Below are positions 1 through 13,202 of a stretch of DNA of 64,000 nt, piece after piece (positions within the stretch are counted from its first letter, which is position 1; every line of letters starts with the position of its first letter). A model generated the notes under the pieces. It was given only the letters and a program-made list of their open reading frames with translations. It did no database searches and had not been told where the DNA came from. The stretch is taken from NCBI GenBank assembly GCA_043228905.1, contig JBHGNT010000022.1:744001-808000 (forward strand), in the 5' to 3' direction. The position numbers and the translations under genes are program-made. Source of the DNA: Azolla caroliniana (lineage: Eukaryota > Plantae > Polypodiophyta).

Positions 1-3000
1 TCGCGACAGCCGCTCCTCGATACTTAGCTTCGGTGCTCGACAATGCAACTGTCAGCTGCTTCTTACTGCTCCACGCTATCACGGCACTCCCAAGAGAGAA
101 CGCGTATCCAGACGTGGATCGGCGATCGGCGGCGTTGCCAGCCCAATCAACATTGGTGTAGCCGACCAACTGCAAGGTTGTACCAGTCCAGTATAGTAGT
201 CCCCAGTCCTTAGTGCCACTTACGTACCGCAGTACGCGTTGCGCACACTGAAGGTGCTCCTCAGTAGGTCGCGCCATGAACTGACTGATCACCCCGACCG
301 GGTAACCGAGATCAGGTCAGGTGATTGTCAAGTAGATAAGGCTTCCGACAATTTGTCGGAACCTCATCGGGTCGCATACCTTTCCGGAGTTGGGGCGAAG
401 CTTGATGGTTCTATCCAGAGCAGTCGAGACGGACTTACAGTCGGCCATCCCGAATTTGAAGAACATACTCAACACATAATGGTGTTGGCTGATCAATATG
501 CCTTTGGGGTTATGGATCACTTTGATCCCGAGGAAGTAATGAAGATCCCCCAGGTCCTTCATGTGAAACGATGCCGCAAGCTGGAGCTTCACCCCGGTCG
601 ATTTCACCTAGGTCGGTGCCGGTGATGACCAAGTCATCAACATATAGTAAAATACTGACTGGATCGAGTCCATCTTTCCGGATGAACAAGGAAGGGTCTG
701 ATTTTGACGTTGCAAAGCCCATCCGACTTAGTTGCTACGTCATCTTCGCGTTCCAGGCATGCGGGGCGTGCTTCAGTCCGTAAAGGGACTTCTACAATCG
801 GCACACTACCGACGTGTTCGTTCCGGAGTGAAATCTAGGGGGTTGTACCATGTACACCTATTCCTCAAGCTCACCTTGTAGGAACACATTCTTTACATCC
901 ATCTGATGTAAGTGCCACCCCTTTGCTGCAGCTATCGCGAGCAAAACACGGACGGTCGTCATCTTCGTGACCGGCGCAAACGTCTCATCGTAGTCGATGC
1001 CGTGTTTCTGCGTGTAGCCTTTTGCCACTAACCGAGCCTTGTATCGGTTGACCGAGTTGTCGGTGTCGTACTTGACCTTGTACACCCACCTACATCTGAT
1101 CGGCTTCACACCCTTCGGTGCATCAACCAGATCCCCGGTCTTGTTTTCCGCCAATGCATGCATCTCTTCCTCCATGGCGGTGCTCCAATTCGTGTCCTTA
1201 GCCGCTTCTGTGTAGCTCTCCAGCTCATGCACTTCCGCTACACGGGTCATGTACGCATAATGATGCGCCATGTACTCGTTGTATCCGAACCGCACAACTA
1301 GGTTCTTCTGGCGGGTAGATCGGCATAATCGGTCATTAGCCGATGTCGAGGTCTTCTCGGCCGACGCGGATTTCGCTCTTGAAGACCCGTCACCGCTTCC
1401 CTCGGTGTCGGACTCGTGTCGGTTTGACTCGTTCTTATCCGTGCCGGAATCCGACACCTTCTTCTTCCCTTTCTCTTTGCGCGTAGGCCGTCTCCTCGGC
1501 TTCCTGCATGGGGAATGCACGACCGAGTCTCCACTACTTGCCAGCGCTTCATCGGACTGGTCGAACCGACTCAGTTGTCCATTCGGTCCACTTAACCGAA
1601 ACGAAATCGAACTCTCTTCAAGGGTCCCGATTTCAGGCTCATCCGGAGGCATCTCAATCTTGCTGACCTCATCGTTAGAGCTCAGATTGGAGTTGAGATC
1701 CGGAGTCGTAGGCAAGTACCAGGACGCGGACTCATCAAACACAACGTCACGGCTAACGCACGCTTGTTTGGTGTGCGGGTTATAACACTTATAACCCTTT
1801 TGCTCGTCCGAGTAACCGACCAAGGTACATTTCTCGGCCTTTGTGTCCAACTTCCTCCGTTTCTCCTTTGGCACATGCACATACGCAATGCTACCGAAAA
1901 CTCGTAAGTGTCGCAAGTTCGGCTTCATTCTGAAATATAGCTCGTGCGCCGATGCTTTGTCTCCGATCCGGTTCTGGATGTATACCGCGGTCCTTACTGT
2001 CTCGACCCAGTAGAACTTGGGCAAGCTCTTCTCCTCCAGCATTGCCCGTGCCGCTTCCACAACCGATCGATTTTTCCTCTCGGCCACGCCGTTTTGCTTC
2101 GGCGTGTATCTACAACTGAATTCGCGCCGAATTCCCATCTGTTGTAGATAACCGTTGAATTGACCGGAAAAGTATTCTTTTCCGCCATCCGACCGCAGGC
2201 ACCTTATCTTTATCCCTGTTTCCGTTTCCACGAACCCTTTGAGGTCCCGGAAACAGTCGAAGACTTCGGTCTTCCTCTCAATGAGGTAGATCCACATGTG
2301 CCGCGTGTAGTCGTCGATGAAGGAGACGAAATATCGGTTCCCACCAAGACTAACGTTTTGTGCTGGCCCCCACACATCGGAGTGTATCAAGTCGAGCTTG
2401 TTCCGGCTCCGGTTACGCTCGTTGGGGAAAGGAAGTCAGTGTTGCTTCCCAAGCTGGCAGGCTTCACAAATTTGTGCCTTCCGGCCACTAAATTTGGGCA
2501 ATCCGAACACCACTTGTTTCGATTTTAGGTCTTGAAGCCGCTGGTAGTTGACGTGGCCTATCCGCTTGTGCCATAAGTCGATGTCCGACTCGATTTTTTG
2601 TCCCTTCGTGAACATTGTGGTACCACCGTTAGTAGAGTCGAGGATGAACATCCTCCCATCTCTGCGCCCTTGCACAATAACATGGCCTTCTTCCTCAATG
2701 AAGCACCCGAGGTGTGTAAACCGGGCCTCCATCCCTTGGTTGACGATCTGTCCGACTGACACCAAGTTCTTCGTGATTGTCGGAACGTGTAGCACGTTCA
2801 TGAGTTTCCCTTTCTGCCCGACATGGCTCAGGGGAACTTCTCCGACATTCGCAATCGGATGCTACTCCCAGTTGCATCGGTTTTTCTAGGTACAAGAACC
2901 ACTCCTTATGGCTCGTCATGTGATTTGACGCGCCGGAGTCGACGTACCACACCTCATCCGATTTCGGGGTGGTCTGCTTCATTGAGTTTTCTTCGTGTCT

Positions 3001-3945
3001 CGTCACGAAGGCAGACCCTTTTTCGGTTTTCCAGTGCGATAACTACCGATTTCCTTTGTCGATATGTTCGGAACCAGATCCGGAACCGGTCCTCTCCGAC
3101 TCGGCGTGCTTTTTCCAGCACTCGCTCTCCCTGTGGCCTTTCTTGCCACAGTACCAGCATTCCGTGGCGGGTTTCCCTTGCTAGTTCTCATCGCCTCGAT
3201 TCCCCCTGTTTTCGAAGGGTCCGGAATTGCTGTTGGCATCATTTCGGTGCCTCCTTCCTTGATCTCGTGGGCCGCCTCCATTGCACACCGACTCGCCTTG
3301 TCCTCCACGTCCATGGGGCCTATCTCCCTCCGTGTACAACATCATGTTTTCGGTGTGCGTGCTCATTGATGCACCCGCGTGGTTCTCCTCTACTAGGAGC
3401 ATCGATTGTAAGTTGAAAAAGGACGACGTATTCTCCCGGGTACACACAGAAGTTTGGAACGCCCCGAACTTTGACGCCAAACCCCCGAGATAGACCTGGA
3501 CCATCTCGCTTTCCTCGATGTTCACATCGACGGAAGCTAAGGAGTCGCATATGTCCTTGATCTTGGAGGTATAGTTAGCCACCGACAAGTCGCGTTGTCG
3601 TAGGTTGCTCAACTCCTGTCGGAGCTGAAGCTTCCTGGCTATGGTGCTCGCGGCGAAGATCTTCTTCAGATTTTCCCACGCACCCTTCGGCGTTTTTGCA
3701 TCCCGAACGTAGCTTAATAGCTATTCGCCCACACAAGACGCGAAACAGTACAACACTCTACTCACCGATTGTTCCCACGCCTGGAAGTCTTTGTGTGTCG
3801 ATTTGGGTGCTGCGTCATTCGCTCCTTCGACATAGCTCCAGTAACCATGCCCAAGCAGGTACTGGTGCATCTTGTAGGATCAAGATGCATAGTTGGTTCT
3901 GTCGAGCTTCTCCGTTGGAAGCAAGCTAGCCATTCCTCTGTCCAT
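1..3945 (-). pseudogene. Copia gag-pol, interrupted by stops and frameshifts
   Basis: ORF pieces 3181-3612, 2695-3006, 2436-2801, 858-2390, 510-722 and 317-607 are colinear Copia domains. Gag ATG at 3945 (MDRGMASLLPTEKLD). Confidence 0.9.
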
Positions 3946-4455
3946 CGGTTTTCTTGTTCTTCTTCGTTGGTTTTTCCTTCAAGCAAAGTTGATTGCAGAG
4001 GTTCTCAACCCTCACGCTCTGATACCATGAAAAGAATGGCGTGCGGAAGCAATATAGGAAACTGAACAACAGAAAACATAGGTTTAATGGAAAGCTTAGG
4101 TTTGCACAGTATGCACGGGGGAGAGAGAGAGAGAGAGTAAAAACCAGAACTATATTCAAAATAATACTCAATCTGTACATCGTGTGTGTTCAATGAACAC
4201 TTTTATACAAGTCCTTTTCAGACTAACAGAAGTACTGACAATACTTCAATGCTCATTAAGGAGCCCCTACACTAACTCCCAAATATATTCCTTGCGGAAT
4301 ATCTTTCCGATGGCCTCACGGTTTCTACACGGATCCGGCCTTCCTACGCACCGGTCTGCGTACCGGTACCGATCCAGCCTAACCGATCGGTCCCAACCGA
4401 TCCGGTCCTCGGCTTGCTCAACTGATCCGGCCAGTGTTAAGTTTGTCTCTCAATA
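1..4455 (-). mobile_element. Ty1/Copia LTR retrotransposon (copy A), degenerate, truncated by the window start
   Basis: Minus-strand fragments in Copia order: gag, protease (WYVDSGASNHMT), GAG-pre/integrase ([24 protein letters not shown]), RT (HQMDVKN, LLYVDD), RNase H. PBS TGGTATCAGAGC at 4027-4016; 5' LTR ~4028-4455. Confidence 0.95.
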
Positions 4456-7400
4456 ATTATGCTTGGCTTGGGAACACAACACTCTTTTCCTTGTGACAAT
4501 CTACCTTGAACATTGTCAATCTTGCCATAGTACCAACATTTGGTTTGTTTTGATGGTTTTCTCTATCATTGAAGCTTCCCCTTCTTCTAGAATTTTCATT
4601 TACTCTCTTGTCACTTTTCGGCGCAGTTGGGAATTTGTGTTCTATGAATATCTTTCTCCTCCATTGCATAATCTATGTTAGATCTTCTTCGTCTTCTATG
4701 ATCACGAATGTCATTAGAGTGTTTGTAAGGCATTTGGGATGTGTAGACCCTTTCCTTGAACACTATTGAATTCTTTCTTAGAATTGAAGGTTGTCTACAG
4801 TTACGTTGGTCCAATAATAAAGTTTAGGTTTCCCCACACTTTGGCATCTTCGCACTCATGTTTGTATACAAAAATGTGCTCATGCACACATGATGTTACA
4901 AAATATGTTCACACTATTAGCCCCTTGTTGCCGTTTGACGTAATCAACACCAATTTGTCATTGATGTAGCCCCAATATACTTGTTTGTCAAGGAATCATG
5001 TCATTTTGTACTTTGAATTTTTGAAGTTGATTCCATCATGTTTCTCACTTGGGAGAGAGCTACCCATCAACATCATCTTATTGGTGGACGTTTTTTGTTC
5101 TAATAATCTTCCGTTGAACTTCAAAACACATGGAATGATCTTACCTACTTGGGCAAGAGGTTGTATCAAGTTAATGCTTAATGGTGAAATCACCTCAGAG
5201 GTTGCCTTCATGAGATCAATTAGTCAACCGGGTGTCAGGAAAAGTACTAAAACCGAGAGAGAATTAGTACTAGAGAAGGGATGTACTATTAGTACTAAGA
5301 GGACGGGACTACGTAAGACTCCCGAGAGAGAGAAAAGAGAAGAGGAGAGAGAGAGAGAGAGAGAGATGATGATGATAACAGATGATATATTATAGGAAGA
5401 GTATGTACAAGATGGCTATGAGGCTTATGACCGGCGTTGAACCAATTTGGTTCAAAATAATGCCTAGTGCCTTCTTTTATAGTGTTCTTAGGAGTAATCC
5501 TGAAGCTTCTAGAAGGTTCTAGAGAAATCTGGAATATACATTAATTTCCTAGAATAAAACTTAAATGAAAATAATATCCTACGTATTACAATAGATGGTA
5601 TAATGGTCAAGAGCTCAACCCATATAACATAAGGTCATGGGTTCGAGTCTTGCCATATCATGACACTATCTTCCCCTTGACTCATTGCGTTGATTGTGGA
5701 CCGGGTTTGTCCGGATACTTTCGGTGGAACTCAGCAAGAAGATCTTGAGCATTGGCGACATGCTTGATGGGTTCCCAAGTACGTTCGCCCGGACTATAGC
5801 CGAGCCAATCTACGAAATAATAAAGTTTGTTGCGAACAAGTTTGGAATTGAGGACGGCAACAACTTCATACTTCGGGCCGACTTCCAACTCAAGCGAGGG
5901 CAGTGGTGGTGTAACACGATCGGGAATAGTGTTTGCTTTGTAAGGTTCAAGAAGAGAGCTATGGAAAACTGGATGGATCTGAAGATGCGGAGGGAGATCA
6001 AGGCGGAACGTGACATCATTAACCTTACTAGTAATACGGAAAGGACCGAGTCGTCAATAATTCAACTTGTCGCACGGTCGAGTAGTCTTGATGTGACGAC
6101 GTAAGAGCCATACTCGATCGCCGATGGAAAAAGAGGAGGGAAGCCGATGACGATCCGCATAAGTCTTCTGTGTGTTTTGAGCATGACAAAGATGAGTAGA
6201 GAGATCCATCTGGATCTTGCGTAGCCTCTCCAAATGATCCTCGGCACGAGGATTGGTAGGTAGCTCTAGGGTGTCGATCACCGACCATCGAGGATGAGAA
6301 CCGGTATAAGTGTAAAATGGGGAGACACGAGTCGAGGAGTGAACAACATTATTATATGCAAACTCCGCAAAGTGGAGAATCTCGGCCCAATCGTCCTGTT
6401 GATAACTCAGAAAGCACCGGAGATATTGTTCTAGCGTTTGGTTTGTTTGTTTCGCCTGCCCATCGGTCTGGGGATGGTAGCCTGAGGAGAGGTTGCAAGA
6501 GACCTTGAGCATCTTGAAGAGATGCTGCCAAAATTTGGAGACGAATTGAGGTCCTCGATCACTGATGATACTGTCTGGGAGGCCATGATGCCGAAATACC
6601 TCACGCATGACAAGGGCGGCGGTTTCCTCGCTAGTGATGGCCTTAGTACACAGCACAAAATGTGTCATCTTCGTATATCGATCGACGACAGTTAAGATAG
6701 CATCGAACCCCTTCGAGACCAGCAGATCTGTGATAAAATCAAGACAAATAGACTGCCACGGCTTACTTGGAATCGGTAAGGGTTCCAACAAGCCATATGG
6801 ATGGTGTCAGGGCATCTTTGCTTGGCAGCAAGCATCACAAGTCCGAACGTAATCGTCGACAAAACGTCACATATGGGGCCACCAAAAGGATCGTTGAACG
6901 AGATCCAACATCTTAGTACTACCGAAATGTACTGTCGTATGGGTGTCGTGGCAATTTTGGACGATTTGAAGGCGACAGGAGCAATTGGGGACATATACAA
7001 GCTTTTTAAAGAATAACAAACCATCATGATATTCGAATTGTCAGTAGTCCATACCTGGTTGTTGCGATTGGGAATAGGATGCCAAAGAGGTATCAATGTG
7101 CGCCAGAATGTCTTGAGCAAAATTGTCTGTCTTCAAGTTCGCACGTATGACATCGGTAATCCGGGAATCCATAGGGGTGTGAAAAATCCGCATTGTGTGC
7201 AATTGTGTTGGTCCCAAGATTACTTGCTTTTGATTATCAAACGTTGGATCACTAGGACGAGGTGCAAGATATGAACATCGTGCTAGCGCATCTACTTTTC
7301 CTTGCTGCTTCCCCGGTCGATATGTGATTTTGAAGTCAAAACGCGTGAGGAATTGAACCCACCGAGCTTGTCGTCGATTTAGCACCCGAGCATTCTGGAA

Positions 7401-8363
7401 ATAAGCAAGGTTTTTGTGATCACTAAAGACGATGACCTAATGTGGAGAGCCCTCTAAGAAATACCGCCATTGCACAAAGGAATCCACAATGGCTAATAAC
7501 TCCTTGTCATGTATTTCGTAGTTGATTTCCGCGGCATCGAATTTTCACAAATGGAAAGCCACAGAATGTAACTCTTCTTTATCTCCTTGTTGAGAAAGGA
7601 TGCTACCGAGGGCGAAATACGATGCGTCAGCCTCCATGATGAATGGTTTCTTTGTATCCACATGAGCTAGAATAGGAGCTGATGTAAAGGCTTTCTTTAG
7701 ATGCCGAAAAGCCATGTTCGCTTCATTGGACCAAAGAAATGCTTGTCCCTTCTTTGTAAGTTGTGTGAGAGGTAAAATAGTCTTCGAGTAATCCTGTATA
7801 AACTTGCGGTAGAAGTTTAAGCAAAACCTAGAAAACATTGTACATCTCGTACCGTCCGTGGAATTTGCCACTCTAGCACAATTTGGACTTTAGCTGGATC
7901 CATGGAGATGCCCTTTGAGGAGATGACATAGCCTAGAAATTCCACTTGCTTGCAATCAAAGCTACATTTTTCTAGCTTGGCATAAAGACCATTCTCGCGG
8001 AGTCGTTTTAGTACTAATAGTACATGAGAATCATGCTCTTCTTGGGTCTTCGAATAAATCAATAGATCATCTAGATAGATGATCAAACAGATATCCAAGA
8101 GGTCTCTGAATATATCATTTGCCATGTGTTGGAAGACTGTGGGTGCATTGGTTAGACCGAACGACATAGCAATATATTCGAAATGCCCATACCGCGTGCG
8201 AAAGGCGGTCTTCCATTCATCTCCCAGTCGGATCCGCACGAGGTTATACGCTCCTCGTAGATCGATTTTTGTAAAAAACTTGGCACCATTAACTCGCTCT
8301 AAAAGACTTGATATAAGAGGAAGTGCATACCTATTCCAGATGGTGACTTTATTCAAGCTGCGG

Positions 8364-9534
8364 TGTCGTGAAGATCCGTCACTACGCGCGGATCGCGAGG
8401 CGGAACTGCTGGGGTTTTGGACCGGAAGGATTCGACGTTGGCACTAGCTTTAGCGAGAAAGGTTTTAAGATAGATTGAAAGAGAGAGAGATTGAGAAAAG
8501 ATAGAACGCTTGATTTTAGATTGAGAGAGAGATTAAGAACTCTTGACTTTAGTTTTCAAGAACAAGGTATATCATCAAAAGGATAACGAATTTTCTTCTT
8601 AATATTAATTTTGATTTTAAAGTACAAAGCTTTCTTTTTTCCAAAGAAAAAAAAACCTCCATTGATCTTTTTCATTCCCTCTTTTATAGATGCCCTCATG
8701 CATTTGAGGGTTCAAGACATGCATAAAATGCATGTTTGCCATTTGGCGCTCATGTATTACATGTGGTGCATGATAACCATGTCACTCATTTTAGCTCTCA
8801 TGTATGAGAATTTATATCTAAAAGTACAATGATAGAAATATAATTTCAACTAAATATCTTGGCTTAGTGGTAAGCCAATTGACTCCTAACTTGGAGGTGC
8901 AAGGTTCGAATCCTTACTTGCCTTCCTTGTATATGTATATATATTTATATATTTATTTATCTAGTCGTCGGATGCCGCCGCCGGATGCCCCCGGTTACCG
9001 GTGGCCGCCGCCTCGCCGGATGTCGGTTCCACCGGCTCGCCGGCTCCGTCGAATGTCGGTTCCGCCGGATCACCAGTTGTCGGTGTGCCATCGTCGCTTT
9101 GCCGGCTGCCACCGGATCACTGACTCCATCGCCGGTCCGGTTTTGGTTGGCCAAAACCTTTACGAGTGGCTAGGCCACCTCCACTCTTAGTTCAAGTTAC
9201 CTTGAACTCTCTATGCTCCACACATAGACACAAAGATAATAGCTTTTGCTTTACCTTATATATGATGAGAGCCGTATTTGTCGTGCCTATGCGGTATATC
9301 TCACAGTTTTCCCTTTTCCTTTCACAAACTTTATACCCTCATATCTTGACATCTAGTTGTCCGTTTCTCGTGTAATAAAGTGCATTCGAAAGCTCTTGAA
9401 GGCCTCCATCATTTTGTACTTAGATATTAAACTTATTTAAAATGTTACCTTCACTATTATTGTTTTATGTGATTCACACTCGATTTTGTACGTTTTATGT
9501 GATTTTCACACCATTGCCGAAAATCTTCACGACA
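8364..9534 (-). mobile_element. Solo-LTR-like insert with 12-bp terminal inverted repeats, inside the T1 RT gene
   Basis: TGTCGTGAAGAT...ATCTTCACGACA; 4-bp TSD GCGG/ACGG; removing it restores VVDYRSLNKV. Orientation inferred from a minus-strand TATAAAA at ~8682-8688. Confidence 0.85.
8853..8925 (+). other. tRNA-like Pol III promoter module (A box + B box) inside a solo LTR; not a bona fide tRNA gene
   Basis: A box TGGCTTAGTGG at 8860 with D-like stem GGCTT/AAGCC; B box GGTTCGAATCC at 8903 in an AAGG/CCTT T-stem; tRNA-like spacing. No acceptor stem recognisable. Confidence 0.75.
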
Positions 9535-11478
9535 ACGGTAATCAACGACGAGACGAAGTGAACCATCTTTCTTCTTGACAAAGAAGATGGGTGCACCGGC
9601 TGGAGATTTCGAATGAAGAATAAACCCGCTTGCCAAGTTCTCCTCTATGTAGGCTCGAAGGACTTCTAACTCGGTGGGTGACAAGTTGTAAATTGGTCCC
9701 CATGGTGGCTCTGCTCCTAGTTGTAAATCGATGGGACAATCATAGGGACAATGATGAGGAAGAGTACTGGCTTTTACCTTGTCAAATACATCGGCATAAG
9801 GATGATATTTCGCCGGAAGTTGCACTAAGGATTCCTCCTTAATAGTGTTGGAAGGATGTACTGATATTGCAAATAGGAACATTGCCTCCTTGTGTCCTTC
9901 TTCGCGTAATTGACGTAGTGAAATGGTCGAAACTCGATGAGTAGATTCTTGGGGTTGTCAATGTTGGACTTCTCTTGTTCTCCAATCTATGTCTGGATTA
10001 TGTAATTCAAACCAAGGTAATCCCAGGACAATGGGATGCTCTGGACTACTAATTATATTAAATGCTCCTACACACACAAAACTACCTAGGACAACTTGAA
10101 TGGGTTCTGACTCTTCTACAATATTCCTGGAAGCAATGGGACGACCATCAATGACTACTACAGATGTGGGCAAGGAAGTTTTCTTAAGGATATCGGAGAA
10201 GCTTGGGCAAAATTTCAATCCATGAAACAAGAATTGGCTCCAGAAGCTAGAAGTGCTAGGACGTGTACTGGGGGAGTACTTTTAGTACTAACCATGACTT
10301 GGGCTAGGAACACATTGCTAACTTGCTTGGAGGGAATGGAACCACTAATGGGTTGTACAGATCTAGGGTTGTCCAACCAAACGGCTCCTATTTTGGCTGG
10401 ACTCAATCGTTTAACTCTTCATCTAATTGACTAAGGATTTCAAATTTGTTTGAGATATTTGGGCTATTAGTACTATTAATATTATCAGACACTCTATTGG
10501 TACTATTAATACTATTAGACACTCCTAAGGGAAGAATTGACTCGGGTTTATTACAGGCTATGATTTGATTTACCTGTCTTCTTGGCCTATGGGGACAATT
10601 GATTGCGATATGCCCTGATCCACCGCAATAAAGAGATAATCGATTTCCATGTCGTCGTTGCTTTTCTTCTTCCGATAACGGGCCACGTCGATTCATGGTG
10701 TCGATCTCCATCGGTGTCGGAGTATTTGCTTGAGGTATGTCTCGTGCAAACGGTTTAGCTGCGACTGAGGTGTAAGTAGGCTCCGGCCTAGAGCGTGGTA
10801 TTTGTAATTGATGTTCCGAACGCCGTTCAAAAAGGCGGTTGTCGCATTGGACCGCTCGACTGATTGCCTCCGTAAGAGACTTTGGTTCTTCGGGGAAGGT
10901 TAGAAGTAGATCTTTGACATTGTTTCGCAGGCCGTAGCGAAACTGCTCCATCAGTGCTTGATCATCCCAAGGGATATCTGAAGCGAGGAGATGAAAATCC
11001 GCCGCGTAGGCAGAGGCTGGACGATCGCCTTGATGCAATCGTCGTATTTTGTTGATCACTGTCCGGATGTTGTCTGTATCTCAAAAGCAAGCTTTAAACT
11101 CACTAATAAAGTCTTCAAAGTTATTAAGTAAGGGCAATTGTTTTTCTAGAAGCGGAGCAAACCATGCCAAGGCTGAGCCGCTAAGCAACGTGCCTATTAG
11201 GCTGACTCGGGATGCATCAGTGGGGTATCGAGACGGATGCATTTGAATGACTAAGCGTGCCTGATTGAGGAATTCCCTAAATTGTGATCGCGTTCCATCA
11301 AATTTCACAGGAAGTCCAATCTTGGGATCTTTATGAAATCCTTGGGGACTTGATCCTTGTTGTTGCAACGCTGCTTCGAGTTGTTGCACACGTAACGCTA
11401 ACTCCCCATGTTGCTGTTGCAACTCCCCATGTTGTTGTTGCATTTGTTGTTTTTCTAGGGCAATTTGTTGAAGATCCC

Positions 11479-11922
11479 TATCAAGATTCGAACTCTTGAC
11501 ATGACCATGTTATAATCGAGTGTTATGTGTTAACCACACATCTAGCATATAATCATGTATATACTTCCTCATTGTAGGTTTTAGCTAGCATCATGTGCAT
11601 AATTTCTCCCTTGTATTATTAACACTTGGCACATGCATGCGTACCTTCTACCTACATGCTCTGTTGTATCACATGCGTGCAACATGTATGCATGCCACTT
11701 AGTATAAATAGTTGAGTTCACCTTGAAGGAATTCAAGGTGAACAATGCCATTCATGGACATATCAATCTAGTATTCCCATTTCGCCCATCCTCTCTCCTT
11801 GATCTTCATCTCTATCTTTATGCTCTTGTGTCATTCCCCGTCTTAAGTTCCTCGTGTTATTGCTCCGTCATAGCCTCATCATCCGTGCTCCGTCTTAGTC
11901 TGCGCTTGGTGTGTCCGTGACA
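11479..11922 (+). mobile_element. Solo LTR inserted in T1 gag
   Basis: TA(TG)TCAAGA...GTGACA; 5-bp TSD ATCCC; removing it restores RLLGDLQQIALEK; TATAAATA at 11703. Confidence 0.85.
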
Positions 11923-12206
11923 ATCCCCTAACAATCGTTGGTTTTCTTGTTCCAAGGCAACAAATTTTTCTTTTAGACACTGTAGCTCGGAGAAAACGGA
12001 TTGGTATTCTTGGGCGCTAACAGAAGCCATTGTATAGAAAAAGGATAAGAGGATGAGGGAAACCAAAAGAAACACTAGAGAGACCAAATTGGTTCAAACT
12101 GTCAGGAATAGTACTAAAACAAAGAGAGAATTAGTACTAGAGAAGTGAAGTACTATTAGTACTAAGAGGACGAGACTGCATAAGACTCCCGAGAGAGAGA
12201 AAGGAG

Positions 12207-12237
<31 letters not shown>

Positions 12238-12693
12238 TGATGATAACAGATGATATATTATAGGAAGAGTAAGTACAAGATGGCTATGAGGCTTAAGACT
12301 GGCGTTGAACCAATTTGGTTCAAAATAATGCCTAGTGCCTTCTTTTATAGTGTTCTCGGGAGTAATCCTGAAGCTTATAGAATGTTCCAGAGAAATCTGG
12401 AATATACATTAATTTCCTATAATAAAACTTAAATGAAAATAATATCTTACATATTACAATAGATGGTATAATGGTCAAGAGCTCGACCCATATAACATAA
12501 GGTCATGGGTTCGAGTCTTGCCATATCATGACACTGGGCATGCTTAGTTTTTGGTTGTTTGGTATTGTTACTCATTCTCTTTTGGTGAGGTTATTAAGTC
12601 TTACAAATAATGAAGATATCATGGGTCTACACTTTCCATTTCGATGTTAGCTTGTGCTACAAGTTTTAGTTGATGAGATAGATAGATGTTTAT

Positions 12694-13202
12694 TGTAAAG
12701 AATTATGTGCGGAAGCGTAGACAAACCGGCTCAGGCGGTTACCAACAGAAAACAGAAACAAGGTTTAATGGAAGCTTGAATCACACATAGAATACATGGG
12801 AGAGACAGAGAGAGCAGAACGAAACTCAATTCAAAAATAATAACACTTTGTACATAGAGTGTACTCAAAGAGCACTTTTATACAAGTCCTTACACGGACT
12901 GACACAAGTACCATAAGTACTTGGATGCTCATAAATGAGCCTCTACACTCACTCCAAGGAATATGCCTATGTACGAGGCTTAGACCGTAGACCCCCAACG
13001 GCCTACCGGTTCACACTATTCCAGAGTACGATCTGGTCCGGCTTCAGCTTCTGGATACGATCCAGACACTGATCCAGTTCTTTGTTCCAGACACCGATCC
13101 GGTTCTTCTTTCCGAATACCGATCTGGTTCTTCATTCCAGATACTGATCCGGCTCAAGCTTATTCAGCCGATCTGGATCCGGTTGAGCTTGTCCGCTCAA
13201 CA
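12694..13202 (-). mobile_element. Copia solo LTR, same family as copies A and B
   Basis: TG..CA with TSD TTTAT; similar to LTRs 4028-4455 and 30021-30454; internal ~20-bp GATCCGG-containing tandem repeats at ~13020-13190. Confidence 0.88.

Larger units (their letters stand above)
5233..12533 (-). mobile_element. Ty3/Gypsy chromovirus, Tcn1/Tf1-sushi-like (copy T1), full length, degenerate, with two nested inserts
   Basis: LTRs 5233-5665 and 12100-12533 (TG..CA); TSD CCGGG/CTGGG; PPT next to 5665. Gag 10403-12031, protease ~10000-10400, RT (YLDD) 7817-9882, RNase H, integrase 6054-6791, chromodomain 5682-5888 (YEVVAVLNSK..YFVDWLGY). Confidence 0.95.

Noticed and set aside
4457-5232. Short ORFs between Copia A and T1, possibly a decayed coding sequence
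   Set aside because: No motif I can recognise; a profile search would be needed.
5590-5660. Functional tRNA genes at the A/B-box sites
   Set aside because: No acceptor stem or clear anticodon loop; reported as tRNA-like modules instead.
8364-9534. Ginger-type DNA transposon interpretation (TGT termini, 4-bp TSD)
   Set aside because: The inverted repeat is only 12 bp and is shared with a true LTR in this window, so a solo LTR is more likely; not fully excluded.
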